Of a stretch of DNA of 64,000 bases, positions 37,573-46,325 are shown piece after piece (within the stretch, counting starts at the first letter, position 1; each line of letters starts with the position of its first letter). The notes under the pieces are model-generated. The model saw nothing but the letters and a program-made list of their open reading frames with translations. It was not told the DNA's origin and ran no database searches. Both the position numbers and the translations under genes were made by a program. This DNA comes from an uncultured Planctomycetales bacterium. GTDB taxonomy: Bacteria; Omnitrophota; Gorgyraeia; Gygaellales; Profunditerraquicolaceae. The DNA is taken from contig CAZIUK010000001.1 of assembly GCA_964542785.1 (NCBI GenBank), positions 442,862 to 506,861 on the forward strand, read 5' to 3'.

Positions 37573-38596
37573 TAAAAAAATTAAAATAGCTATTCTTGGC
37601 GATGGTGGATGGGGGACTACCCTGGCTATTCTTCTTTCTAAAAAAGGGCATTCGGTTACTCTTTGGGGGGCTTTTAGTAATAATATCCTAAAAATAAAGC
37701 AATTGGGAGAAAACCGTAAGTTTCTTCCGGGGATAAAAATACCTAAAAGTATTACTCTTACAGACAAGATAACCCATGCTATCATAGACAAAGACTTGAT
37801 AGTTTTAGCAACTCCCTCAGAATATATTCGTAAAGTTTTGAATACTTTAAAAAAAGATATTGCCTTTAATAGGTCTAAGCCTGTATATTTAAGTGTTGTT
37901 AAAGGTATTGAGGCTAAAGGGTTAAAGAGGATTTCAGAGATTATAATAGAAGAATTGGGTAAAGTAAAACTTGTAGTTCTTTCAGGCCCAACCATAGCCT
38001 ACGAGGTTGCTAACAATATTCCGACAGTCGCAGTGGCAGCTTCTAAAAATAAGCTCCTAAGGAAATTCGTGCAGGATATATTCATAACGGAAAGGTTTAG
38101 AGTATATACTAATAACGATATCTTAGGCGTAGAATTAGGAGGGAGCTTAAAAAATGTTATTGCTATTGCTTGCGGGGCATCTGATGGGCTTAAATTTGGA
38201 GCAAATACAAAAGCAGCTATATTATCTAGAGGGCTAGCGGAAATTTCTCGGTTAGGCAAGACCATGGGCGCTAAACAAAAAACTTTTAGCGGGGTAAGCG
38301 GACTAGGGGATTTAGTAACTACCTGTATTAGCCCGTATAGCAGAAACAGGTTTGTAGGCGAAGAGTTAGGCAAAGGGAAGTCTTTAGTAGAGATACTAAA
38401 GGACTTAAGCTCTTCTACAAAGAAACACTCAGGCATAGCAGAAGGGATTCCAACTGCTAAATCTGCTTATGCCTTAAGCCTAAAATATAAAGTTGATATG
38501 CCTATAGTAAGGGAGGTTTATAACGTTCTTTACAAGAATAAACCTGCTTTAAAGGCCGTTAGGGATTTGATGACAAGGAACAAAAAAGAAGAGTAG
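37559..38596 (+). CDS. gpsA: NAD(P)H-dependent glycerol-3-phosphate dehydrogenase
   Basis: KIAILGDGGWGTTLA Rossmann motif; GpsA-typical GLKNVIAIA and GLGDLVTTC. Confidence 0.9.
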   Translation: MYLNNKKIKIAILGDGGWGTTLAILLSKKGHSVTLWGAFSNNILKIKQLGENRKFLPGIKIPKSITLTDKITHAIIDKDLIVLATPSEYIRKVLNTLKKDIAFNRSKPVYLSVVKGIEAKGLKRISEIIIEELGKVKLVVLSGPTIAYEVANNIPTVAVAASKNKLLRKFVQDIFITERFRVYTNNDILGVELGGSLKNVIAIACGASDGLKFGANTKAAILSRGLAEISRLGKTMGAKQKTFSGVSGLGDLVTTCISPYSRNRFVGEELGKGKSLVEILKDLSSSTKKHSGIAEGIPTAKSAYALSLKYKVDMPIVREVYNVLYKNKPALKAVRDLMTRNKKEE

Positions 38597-38603
38597 TTTT
38601 TTG

Positions 38604-38678
38604 CGGGGCGTGGCTCAGTTTGGCTAGAGCGCTTGAATGGGGTTCAAGAGGTCGACAGTTCAAGTCTGTCCGCCCCGA
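38604..38678 (+). tRNA. tRNA-Pro (GGG)
   Basis: CGGGGCG-TG-GCTC-AGTTTGGCTA-GAGC-G-CTTGA-ATGGGGT-TCAAG-AGGTC-GACAG-TTCAAGT-CTGTC-CGCCCCG-A; G37 present. Confidence 0.8.
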
Positions 38679-38708
38679 CTATAATATCTTAAACTAAAGG
38701 AGGTAGAT

Positions 38709-39071
38709 ATGGAATATTCAGGAATAGAACGGAGAAAACATCCACGCGCCTATGGCAGGTTTATTGTATCTTATCGAATCCTTGACGAGATTGACGATAT
38801 AGATATAACCCAAACTAAGAATATAAGTTTAGGGGGAATGCTCCTTACTACCAATAGGGCATTTTCTTCCGGAACAAATTTAGCTATTGAAATACGTTTG
38901 CCTTTTGATCCTAATCCGATTATGGTTGTAGGCAGAGTAGTGGAATCAAAAGAGATAATGAAGGATATGATCTACGATACGCACTTAGAGTTTATCTCTG
39001 TAGATGAGAAACATAAAAGGGTAGTAGAAGAAACCGTAGACTATTATCTTAAAAAAGGTAAAAAGGAATAG
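38709..39071 (+). CDS. PilZ-domain protein (second paralog)
   Basis: RRKHPR (RxxxR) and NISLGG (NxSxxG). 120 aa, the same length as the first PilZ. RBS AAAGGAGG upstream. Confidence 0.7.
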   Translation: MEYSGIERRKHPRAYGRFIVSYRILDEIDDIDITQTKNISLGGMLLTTNRAFSSGTNLAIEIRLPFDPNPIMVVGRVVESKEIMKDMIYDTHLEFISVDEKHKRVVEETVDYYLKKGKKE

Positions 39072-39073
39072 AT

Positions 39074-40369
39074 ATGAAAAAAATTAATATTGGATTAATT
39101 GGTTTTGGAAATATCGGTTCCGGGGTTGTTAAAATCCTTCGAGAAAAACGAACTCTTTTAAGCTCTAAGATAGGCTTAGATATAAATATAAGAAAGATAT
39201 GTGACCAAGATATCACCTCTAAACGCAATGTAAGTGTCAATAAAACGCTTCTTACACGAAACCCTAAAGATATTATTGAAGATCCTCAAATAGATATAAT
39301 GGTAGAACTTATAGGCGGGATTCATCCAGCAAGAGAGTTTATTCTTGATTCCATTAAAAAAGGCAAGAATGTTGTCACTGCTAATAAAGCGCTTTTAGCT
39401 ACTCACGGAGAAGAGCTTTTTTTAGAAGCATTGGCTAGGGATAAGAGTATATATTTTGAAGCCTCAGTAGGGGCGGGCATACCAATAATCAAGTCTTTAA
39501 GGGAAGGACTGGTTTCCAATAATTTTAATAGCATACTCGGAATTCTTAACGGAACATCCAATTATATACTCTCATCTATGTCGACTAAAGGAATAACTTT
39601 CTTGGAGGCGCTTAAAGAAGCACAAAGAAAGGGTTTTGCTGAAAAAGATCCTACATTAGATATAGAAGGAGTAGATTCTGCGCATAAGTTAGCACTTCTT
39701 ACTTACTTATCTTTTGGTAAAATGGTAAATATGCGTGATATTTTTATTGAAGGAATCTCGCGTATTTCATTAGCGGATATTAATTATGCTAAAGAACTAA
39801 ACTTTGAGATTAAACTTCTCGCTATAGCTCAGAAAGAAAAAGAGGATTTAGAGGTTAGGGTGCATCCTACCTTAATACCAAAAGGCCATCTTTTATCTTC
39901 AGTAAGCGGGGTCTTTAACGCTATATATATTGAGGGGGATTTAGCCGGAGATTTACTCTTTTACGGACCTGGGGCTGGTCAGCTTTCAACTGCTTCAGCT
40001 GTAGTCTCAGATATAGTAGATTTAACCAAAGATATAAAGGCCGGGCTTTTTAGATCAACGATAAATGTTGTGCAGGATAAATCCATAAAAAAATTGCGTA
40101 GAATAGATGAATCCCAGAGTCGTTACTATATACGTTTTACTGCTTTAGATAAGCCGGGAGTTTTAGCGAAGATATCAGGAGTTTTGGCTAAGTATGGAAT
40201 AAGCATATCTTCAGTTACTCAGAAAGAAAAAAATAAGTCTAAATTTGTTCCAATTATAATGCTTATCCATGAGGCAAAAGAGAAAGATTTAAGAAAAGCC
40301 CTTAATATCATTGACCGTATGGAATCAATTAAAGAGAAATCAGTAGCAATAAGAATGGAAGAAGCATGA
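39074..40369 (+). CDS. hom: Homoserine dehydrogenase
   Basis: N-terminal NAD-binding (INIGLIGFGNIGSGV), a catalytic domain, and a C-terminal ACT domain. Confidence 0.9.
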   Translation: MKKINIGLIGFGNIGSGVVKILREKRTLLSSKIGLDINIRKICDQDITSKRNVSVNKTLLTRNPKDIIEDPQIDIMVELIGGIHPAREFILDSIKKGKNVVTANKALLATHGEELFLEALARDKSIYFEASVGAGIPIIKSLREGLVSNNFNSILGILNGTSNYILSSMSTKGITFLEALKEAQRKGFAEKDPTLDIEGVDSAHKLALLTYLSFGKMVNMRDIFIEGISRISLADINYAKELNFEIKLLAIAQKEKEDLEVRVHPTLIPKGHLLSSVSGVFNAIYIEGDLAGDLLFYGPGAGQLSTASAVVSDIVDLTKDIKAGLFRSTINVVQDKSIKKLRRIDESQSRYYIRFTALDKPGVLAKISGVLAKYGISISSVTQKEKNKSKFVPIIMLIHEAKEKDLRKALNIIDRMESIKEKSVAIRMEEA

Positions 40370-41439
40370 CCGGGATAATCAATAGGTATAAAAAATATCT
40401 TCCTATTACTAACAAGACTCCGATTATAACCTTAAATGAAGGGAATACCCCTTTGCTTTTTTCGCAATCTTTAAGTGAAATATTGGGAGATGGATTCAAA
40501 GTTTATCTTAAAATTGAAGGGTTAAACCCAACAGGGTCATTTAAAGATAGGGGGATGACCTTAGCCATATCTAAGGCAATAGAAGAAGGCTCTAAAGCTG
40601 TTATTTGTGCTTCTACCGGGAACACTTCTGCTTCTGCTGCAGCTTACGCAGCTCGGGCTAAAATTAAGTGCATAGTTTTAATACCGAGAGGGGCAATTGC
40701 TTTAGGTAAATTAAGTCAAGCCCTTATACATGGAGCAATTGTCTTGGCTATTGAAGGAAATTTTGATGAAGCTTTAACCTTAGTAAAAGAAGCCTCGGAA
40801 AAAAACTTACTAACTTTAGTAAACTCTCTTAATCCTTACCGTATAGAAGGACAAAAGACTGCGAGCTTTGAGATATGTGATTCTTTGGGAGATGCCCCTG
40901 ATTTTCAAATTATGCCGGTGGGTAATGCCGGGAATATTACCGCATATTGGAAAGGGTATAAGGAATATCATAGCTTAAAACTAACTAAAACCCTGCCTAA
41001 AATGCTTGGATTTCAAGCAGAAGGTTCTGCTCCGATAGTAATGGGTTACCCTATAGAAAAACCTGAGACAATAGCTACGGCTATACGTATCGGAAACCCT
41101 GCTAGCTGGAAACAGGCAGAAATAGCCCGTAATGAATCGGATGGTTTGATAGATATGGTTTCAGATAAAGAGATAATAGATGCCTATAAATTTATCGCTA
41201 AAGCTGACGGAATATTTATAGAGCCTGCCTCAGCATCTTCTATAGCTGGGCTAGTTAAACTTTCAAAGCAGGGCTATTTTACATATGCTAAAAAAAATAC
41301 AGGCAAAGAGATAAATAGAGTAGTCTGCATTTTAACCGGGCATGGGTTAAAAGACCCTGATACAACAATAAAGAATATAGCAGAACCAAAAGTAATAAAG
41401 CCAAATTTAAAAGTCCTGTTAGATGAGATTAAAGAATAA
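40366..41439 (+). CDS. thrC: Threonine synthase
   Basis: PLP-lysine motif (PTGSFKDRG), glycine-rich loop, ~357 aa, immediately downstream of hom. Confidence 0.9.
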   Translation: MTGIINRYKKYLPITNKTPIITLNEGNTPLLFSQSLSEILGDGFKVYLKIEGLNPTGSFKDRGMTLAISKAIEEGSKAVICASTGNTSASAAAYAARAKIKCIVLIPRGAIALGKLSQALIHGAIVLAIEGNFDEALTLVKEASEKNLLTLVNSLNPYRIEGQKTASFEICDSLGDAPDFQIMPVGNAGNITAYWKGYKEYHSLKLTKTLPKMLGFQAEGSAPIVMGYPIEKPETIATAIRIGNPASWKQAEIARNESDGLIDMVSDKEIIDAYKFIAKADGIFIEPASASSIAGLVKLSKQGYFTYAKKNTGKEINRVVCILTGHGLKDPDTTIKNIAEPKVIKPNLKVLLDEIKE

Positions 41440-42064
41440 AAAAGTTCTTATTACCGCAGGGCCGACTTGGGTTAAGGTAGATGAGGTAAGAGTAATCAGC
41501 AATACTGCTAGCGGCAAAACAGGACTACTCTTTGCAGATGCTTTTAATAGGCTTGGCGCTAAGGTTACCCTATTATTAGGTCCAGTTAATTTTTCTTTAC
41601 AAAAAAGTAATATAATAATCAAGAAATTCAAATTTTTTGATGAGTTGAATAACTTAATAAAAAACGAGCTTGAAAATAGAAAGTATGATATAGCGATACA
41701 TAGTGCAGCGGTATCTGATTATATGCCTCGCATACCGTATCCTAAAAAAATTAAATCTAATCTAAAAGGTTTAACTATAAAACTTAAACCAACAGTTAAG
41801 ATTATTAACTTATTTAAAAAGATGCAGCCAAAAATATTCCTTCTAGGATTTAAATATGAGCCGGAAGCCGAAAAGGGTAATTTATATAAAAAAGCAGTTA
41901 ATTTAATAAAACAGTCTTACGCAGACTTGGTTGTATCTAATACTATAAAAGATGGCGAATACTCTGCTTTTTTAGTAAGAGAGAATGAGATTAGTAAAGT
42001 TTTTAAGAGTAGGGAATCTCTGGCAAAAGAGGCTATAAAGATAATTGGAGGCTATTATGCGTAA
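41423..42064 (+). CDS. coaB: Phosphopantothenate--cysteine ligase (stand-alone CoaB domain)
   Basis: VLITAGPT…VRVISNTASGKTG…GAKVTLLLGP matches the CoaB half of Dfp. No CoaC (flavoprotein) domain is fused. Confidence 0.75.
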   Translation: MRLKNKKVLITAGPTWVKVDEVRVISNTASGKTGLLFADAFNRLGAKVTLLLGPVNFSLQKSNIIIKKFKFFDELNNLIKNELENRKYDIAIHSAAVSDYMPRIPYPKKIKSNLKGLTIKLKPTVKIINLFKKMQPKIFLLGFKYEPEAEKGNLYKKAVNLIKQSYADLVVSNTIKDGEYSAFLVRENEISKVFKSRESLAKEAIKIIGGYYA

Positions 42065-42950
42065 ACTTATTATCCTTGCTCCTATTCTTCTTCTTTCTTT
42101 TTTCTCTCTTTTTGCCTCTACTATTCCAGCTTCTTCCGGGTGGATAAATGATTTTGCCGATATTATTAACCCCGTTTATAAAGAAAAGATTAATACTTTA
42201 ATTTCTGAGTTAGAAGAAAAAACAGGGATTGAGATAGTTGTGGCTACCTTTAAAAGCATCTCTCCTTACGAGGAAAAAGAATTTGCCCGAATGCTTTTTG
42301 ATAAATGGAAACCGGGGAAAAAAAATAAAGACAACGGAGTTTTGATCTTAATAGCAGAAAAGGAAAGGCTTTGGCGGATTGAAACAGGTTACGGAATAGA
42401 AGAAGATCTCCCCGACGGTTTATGCGGTCAGATAGGGCGTGATTACATGCTTCCTTACTTTAGAGCAAAAGATTACGGTAAGGGGATCTATGTTGGGGTT
42501 AGCAAAATTGCTAATATTTTTTTAAAAGGTAACCTGAAAGAAGTAGGAATAAGCAATAAAGAAAAATCTCTAATTCCCTTTTATTTTATTGTTTCCTTAG
42601 TCATCTATTTTTTAAGTTGTCCTTTCCCCATATTTATAAGTTTACCTTTAACTTTATTATTTATTTTTATTACTTTATCTACCGGCCCTAAGCTATTAAG
42701 TTTAATACTACTCATTGCTTATATAGCAGCAATGTTAACTAGGTATTCTTACTGGAAAAAACTGCCTAAGGAAAAAAGAAAGAGTTTTTTCGGACCCTTA
42801 GACTTTGATAGCAAAACCTCTTCTTGTGGATGGGGTAGCGGAGGTTTTAGAGGCGGTAGGTTTGGTGGAGGAATCGGGAGAGGCGGGTTTGGTGGTGGTG
42901 GATTTGGCGGGGGGATAGGTGGAGGCGGCGGAGCCGGAGGAAAGTTTTAA
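42057..42950 (+). CDS. TPM-domain (YgcG-like) membrane protein with a Gly-rich C-terminal tail
   Basis: Signal/TM segment, a TPM_phosphatase-like domain (…DFADIINPVYKEKINTLISELEEKTGIEIVVATF…), TM helices, and the tail GWGSGGFRGGRFGGGIGRGGFGGGGFGGGIGGGGGAGG. The start was set at the ATG at 42057, which has a GGAGG RBS. Confidence 0.75.
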   Translation: MRKLIILAPILLLSFFSLFASTIPASSGWINDFADIINPVYKEKINTLISELEEKTGIEIVVATFKSISPYEEKEFARMLFDKWKPGKKNKDNGVLILIAEKERLWRIETGYGIEEDLPDGLCGQIGRDYMLPYFRAKDYGKGIYVGVSKIANIFLKGNLKEVGISNKEKSLIPFYFIVSLVIYFLSCPFPIFISLPLTLLFIFITLSTGPKLLSLILLIAYIAAMLTRYSYWKKLPKEKRKSFFGPLDFDSKTSSCGWGSGGFRGGRFGGGIGRGGFGGGGFGGGIGGGGGAGGKF

Positions 42951-42976
42951 TCTTTGATATAAAAGGAGGCACGGTA

Positions 42977-43534
42977 ATGAAAAAGGTAGTTATTGGAGTT
43001 ATCTTAGCCATAGTTGTATTAATAGGAATTATTATCGCTCTATATAACGGTATCATCTTTAAACATGAAGCTATAACCGCTAAATGGGCACAGGTAGAAA
43101 ACCAATTACAGCGAAGAAACGACTTGATACCTAATTTTTTAAATACCGTAAAAGGCTATGCTGAGCATGAAAAGACAGTATTTGAAAATGTTACTTTAGC
43201 TCGCTCTCAATGGGCTAAAGCATCTACTATTGAAGAAAAAGTTAAAGCGGCTGGAGGAATGGATGCTGCTTTATCTAGATTGCTCTTTGTAGCAGAAAAC
43301 TACCCTAGCTTAAAAGCAGACCAAACGTTCTTAAAGCTTATGGATGAATTATCAGGAACAGAAAATAGAATAGCGGTAGAAAGGATGCGTTATAATGAAT
43401 CTGTTAGGGAGTATAATACATCAGTAAGGGTTTTTCCAGGCAATATTATCGCTTCTAACTTTGGATATAAGCCGGCAACAGAATATTTTAAGGCAGATGA
43501 TGCAGCAAAAAGAGTGCCGCAAGTAACGTTTTAA
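42977..43534 (+). CDS. lemA: LemA family protein
   Basis: N-terminal TM helix and the LemA signature (…NGIIFKHEAITAKWAQVENQLQRRNDLIPN…YPSLKADQTFLKLMDEL…). Confidence 0.85.
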   Translation: MKKVVIGVILAIVVLIGIIIALYNGIIFKHEAITAKWAQVENQLQRRNDLIPNFLNTVKGYAEHEKTVFENVTLARSQWAKASTIEEKVKAAGGMDAALSRLLFVAENYPSLKADQTFLKLMDELSGTENRIAVERMRYNESVREYNTSVRVFPGNIIASNFGYKPATEYFKADDAAKRVPQVTF

Positions 43535-43539
43535 AAAGG

Positions 43540-44742
43540 ATGAAATATATTATTTTAGTTTGTGATGGAATGGCTGACATTCCGTTAAAAGAAATAGGCG
43601 AACGTACGCCTTTAGAAGCGGCACGTACGCCAAATATGGATTTTATCGCCAAATACGGACGATTAGGAAGAGTGCGTACTGTCCCTCAAGGGTTTATCCC
43701 TGGTTCAGATATTGCACAAATATCTATATTTGGATATGATCCTAAAAAATACTATACCGGTAGAGCGCCTCTTGAGGCAGCTAATCTCGGGGTAAAATTA
43801 GAAGATGATGATATAGCTTTTAGGTGTAATCTTATTACTGCTTCTAATGATACACTCCGTGACTATAGTGCGGGACATATCAGTTCTAAAGAGGCTGAAA
43901 TAATTATAAAGTTCATCGACCAGTCCTTAGGTACTAATAGAATTAAGTTTTATCCTGGGGTAAGTTACCGCCATCTTATGGTTATTAAACGAGGAGCAGA
44001 AGAGCATCTTGATAGAATAACTTGCCGCCCCCCACATGATATAACTGGAAAAAGTATTTCAAAAAACCTACCTAAAGGAGATAAGGCAAATATTCTTATT
44101 AACCTTATGCAGGAATCTAGAAAAGTATTAGAAAAGCATGAGATTAATCTTGTTCGCTTAGACTTAAAAGAAAACCCTGCTAATATGATTTGGCTATGGG
44201 GCCAAGGGAAACGCCCTTTGATGGAGAGTTTTTATGAAAAATACGGGATCAAAGGAAGTGTAATCTCTGCAGTAAATTTAATTAAAGGGTTAGGTAAAAC
44301 AGTTGGCCTTGAGGTTATTAATGTCCCGGGAGCAACAGGTTATTATGATACTAATTATGATGGAAAAGCAGAAGCAGCATTAAAGGCGCTTAAAGACAAG
44401 GACTTTGTTTTTGTCCACTTAGAAGCAGCTGATGAAGCAGGGCATAATGGAGATTTAAGGGAGAAGATTATTGCCATAGAGAGGTTTGATCAGTTAATCT
44501 TAGGCAGAGTCCTTAAATATTTTAAACATAAGAGAAACTTTAGAATAATGGTCTTACCGGATCATCCCACTCCTGTCCGTCTTAAAACACATACTTCTGA
44601 CCCTGTTCCTTTTGGGATATTCGGACACAATATCATAGCAAGGGGTTTTTTGAACTATAGCGAGAAAGAATCCTTAAAAAGCGAACTTATCTTTGAAAAA
44701 GGGCATGAGCTTATGGATTTCTTTATCAGAAAGGCGGAATGA
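43540..44742 (+). CDS. Archaeal-type cofactor-independent phosphoglycerate mutase family protein (ApgM-like); candidate non-orthologous homoserine kinase
   Basis: MKYIILVCDGMADIPL…RTPLEAARTPNMDF is the ApgM-family N-terminus, with metal-binding His/Asp motifs (VHLEAADEAGHNGD, LPDHPTP). Confidence 0.75.
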   Translation: MKYIILVCDGMADIPLKEIGERTPLEAARTPNMDFIAKYGRLGRVRTVPQGFIPGSDIAQISIFGYDPKKYYTGRAPLEAANLGVKLEDDDIAFRCNLITASNDTLRDYSAGHISSKEAEIIIKFIDQSLGTNRIKFYPGVSYRHLMVIKRGAEEHLDRITCRPPHDITGKSISKNLPKGDKANILINLMQESRKVLEKHEINLVRLDLKENPANMIWLWGQGKRPLMESFYEKYGIKGSVISAVNLIKGLGKTVGLEVINVPGATGYYDTNYDGKAEAALKALKDKDFVFVHLEAADEAGHNGDLREKIIAIERFDQLILGRVLKYFKHKRNFRIMVLPDHPTPVRLKTHTSDPVPFGIFGHNIIARGFLNYSEKESLKSELIFEKGHELMDFFIRKAE

Positions 44743-46325
44743 ACGCTCTTTACATCTCTTTGATTGTTTTTATTTTTTTAGGTGTAGGGTATCTTATTTA
44801 TGCTAAAAAACTTGAAGGGTTATGGCAAGTTAATTTCAAAAAGCCTACCCCTGCCAATTATAAATTTGATAATATAGACTACGTCCCGGCGCGAAATTGG
44901 CTAGTCTTATTTGGACACCATTTTTCTTCTATTGCCGGAGCAGGACCTATTATAGGACCTGTTATTGCAGTAGCTTTATGGGGTTGGCTTCCAGCACTTT
45001 TATGGGTAATTTTAGGATCAATATTCATAGGTGGAGTCCATGATTTCGGTTCTTTGATAACTTCTGTAAAAGAAGGAGGTAGCTCTATCTCGGATATTGC
45101 CGGAAGAGTAATATCTAAAAGGGCGAAGATATTAACCTCACTTTTTTTATGGTTTACCTTAATATTAATTATATCCGTCTTTGCTTATCTATGCGCAGAT
45201 ACCTTTACAAAAGAACCTAGGATAGTCCTCCCCTCATTAGGACTAATACCGGTTGCTTTGCTAACTGGATACCTTTTATATTATTTAAAAGTAAATAGTT
45301 TTTTGGCAACATCTTTAGGTCTTACCTTGCTCTTAGGCCTCATCTTAGTCGGTAACTACATACCGATAACTTTGGGGGTATTTTTTTGGTTAGTAATATT
45401 ATTTTTATATTCTTACTTTGCCTCAATACTTCCGGTTAATTTATTACTACAACCTCGAGACTACTTAGCCAGTTTTTTGCTCTTTTTTGGAATATTAATA
45501 GGTTATTTAGGTATCCTATTTACAAAACCGCAAATTACCATGCCTTCTTATACCCAATGGTCGCCTAATAACCTTAAACTTTGGCCAATGCTCTTTGTTA
45601 CGGTTGCCTGCGGTGCAGTATCAGGTTTCCATGCTTTAATATCCAGCGGCACTACATCTAAACAAATCAATAGCGAAAGCCATGCTAGAAGAATCGGCTA
45701 CGGGGGAATGGCGGTAGAAGCACTATTAGCAGTGATAGCGATTATTAGCGTAGGAATTATCTTTAAATCACCAAAGGATGCTTCAATTGCCTTAAAATCC
45801 ATAGGCCCTATAGGCATATTTGCCCAAGGTTTTAATGTCTTAACTAAGGGGTTTTTAGGGAATTTTGGGGGGCTTATTGCAGTAACTATACTAAACGCTT
45901 TTATACTTACTACTTTAGATACTGCCACTAGAATTTTACGCTATTTAACCGAAGAGTTATTCCAAATAAAAAACAGATACCTTTCTACCGCTATCATAGT
46001 AGCTATCTCCCTATCTCTTGCCTTAAGCGGGCAATGGAATAGAATCTGGCCTGCTTTTGGAGCAGCAAATCAATTAGTAGCTACCCTTGCCTTATTTGTT
46101 TTAGGGGCGTATTTATTATCTAAAAGCAAGCCTTCAACTTTAGTATTCTTACCTGCTATATTTATGCTTGCTACATCTATGGGGGCATTAGTTCTTCAGG
46201 CTTTTGAATATATCAGACAAAAAGATGTGCCGCTTTTTATAATAACACTTTCTTTACTTTTATTAGCGGCTTTTATGACTATTGAGCTTATATTGAGAGT
46301 TATTAGGAGAAAAAAAGATGCATAA
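44739..46325 (+). CDS. cstA: Carbon starvation protein A (CstA) family transporter
   Basis: Polytopic membrane protein with the CstA N-terminal signature (…FGHHFSSIAGAGPIIGPVIAVALWGWLPALLWVILGSIFIGGVHDF…). Confidence 0.75.
   Translation: MNALYISLIVFIFLGVGYLIYAKKLEGLWQVNFKKPTPANYKFDNIDYVPARNWLVLFGHHFSSIAGAGPIIGPVIAVALWGWLPALLWVILGSIFIGGVHDFGSLITSVKEGGSSISDIAGRVISKRAKILTSLFLWFTLILIISVFAYLCADTFTKEPRIVLPSLGLIPVALLTGYLLYYLKVNSFLATSLGLTLLLGLILVGNYIPITLGVFFWLVILFLYSYFASILPVNLLLQPRDYLASFLLFFGILIGYLGILFTKPQITMPSYTQWSPNNLKLWPMLFVTVACGAVSGFHALISSGTTSKQINSESHARRIGYGGMAVEALLAVIAIISVGIIFKSPKDASIALKSIGPIGIFAQGFNVLTKGFLGNFGGLIAVTILNAFILTTLDTATRILRYLTEELFQIKNRYLSTAIIVAISLSLALSGQWNRIWPAFGAANQLVATLALFVLGAYLLSKSKPSTLVFLPAIFMLATSMGALVLQAFEYIRQKDVPLFIITLSLLLLAAFMTIELILRVIRRKKDA

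Noticed and set aside
42835-42945. GGT/GGA-rich tandem DNA repeat
   Set aside because: It encodes the Gly-rich tail of the TPM protein in frame. It is low-complexity coding sequence and not an independent repeat element or CRISPR.
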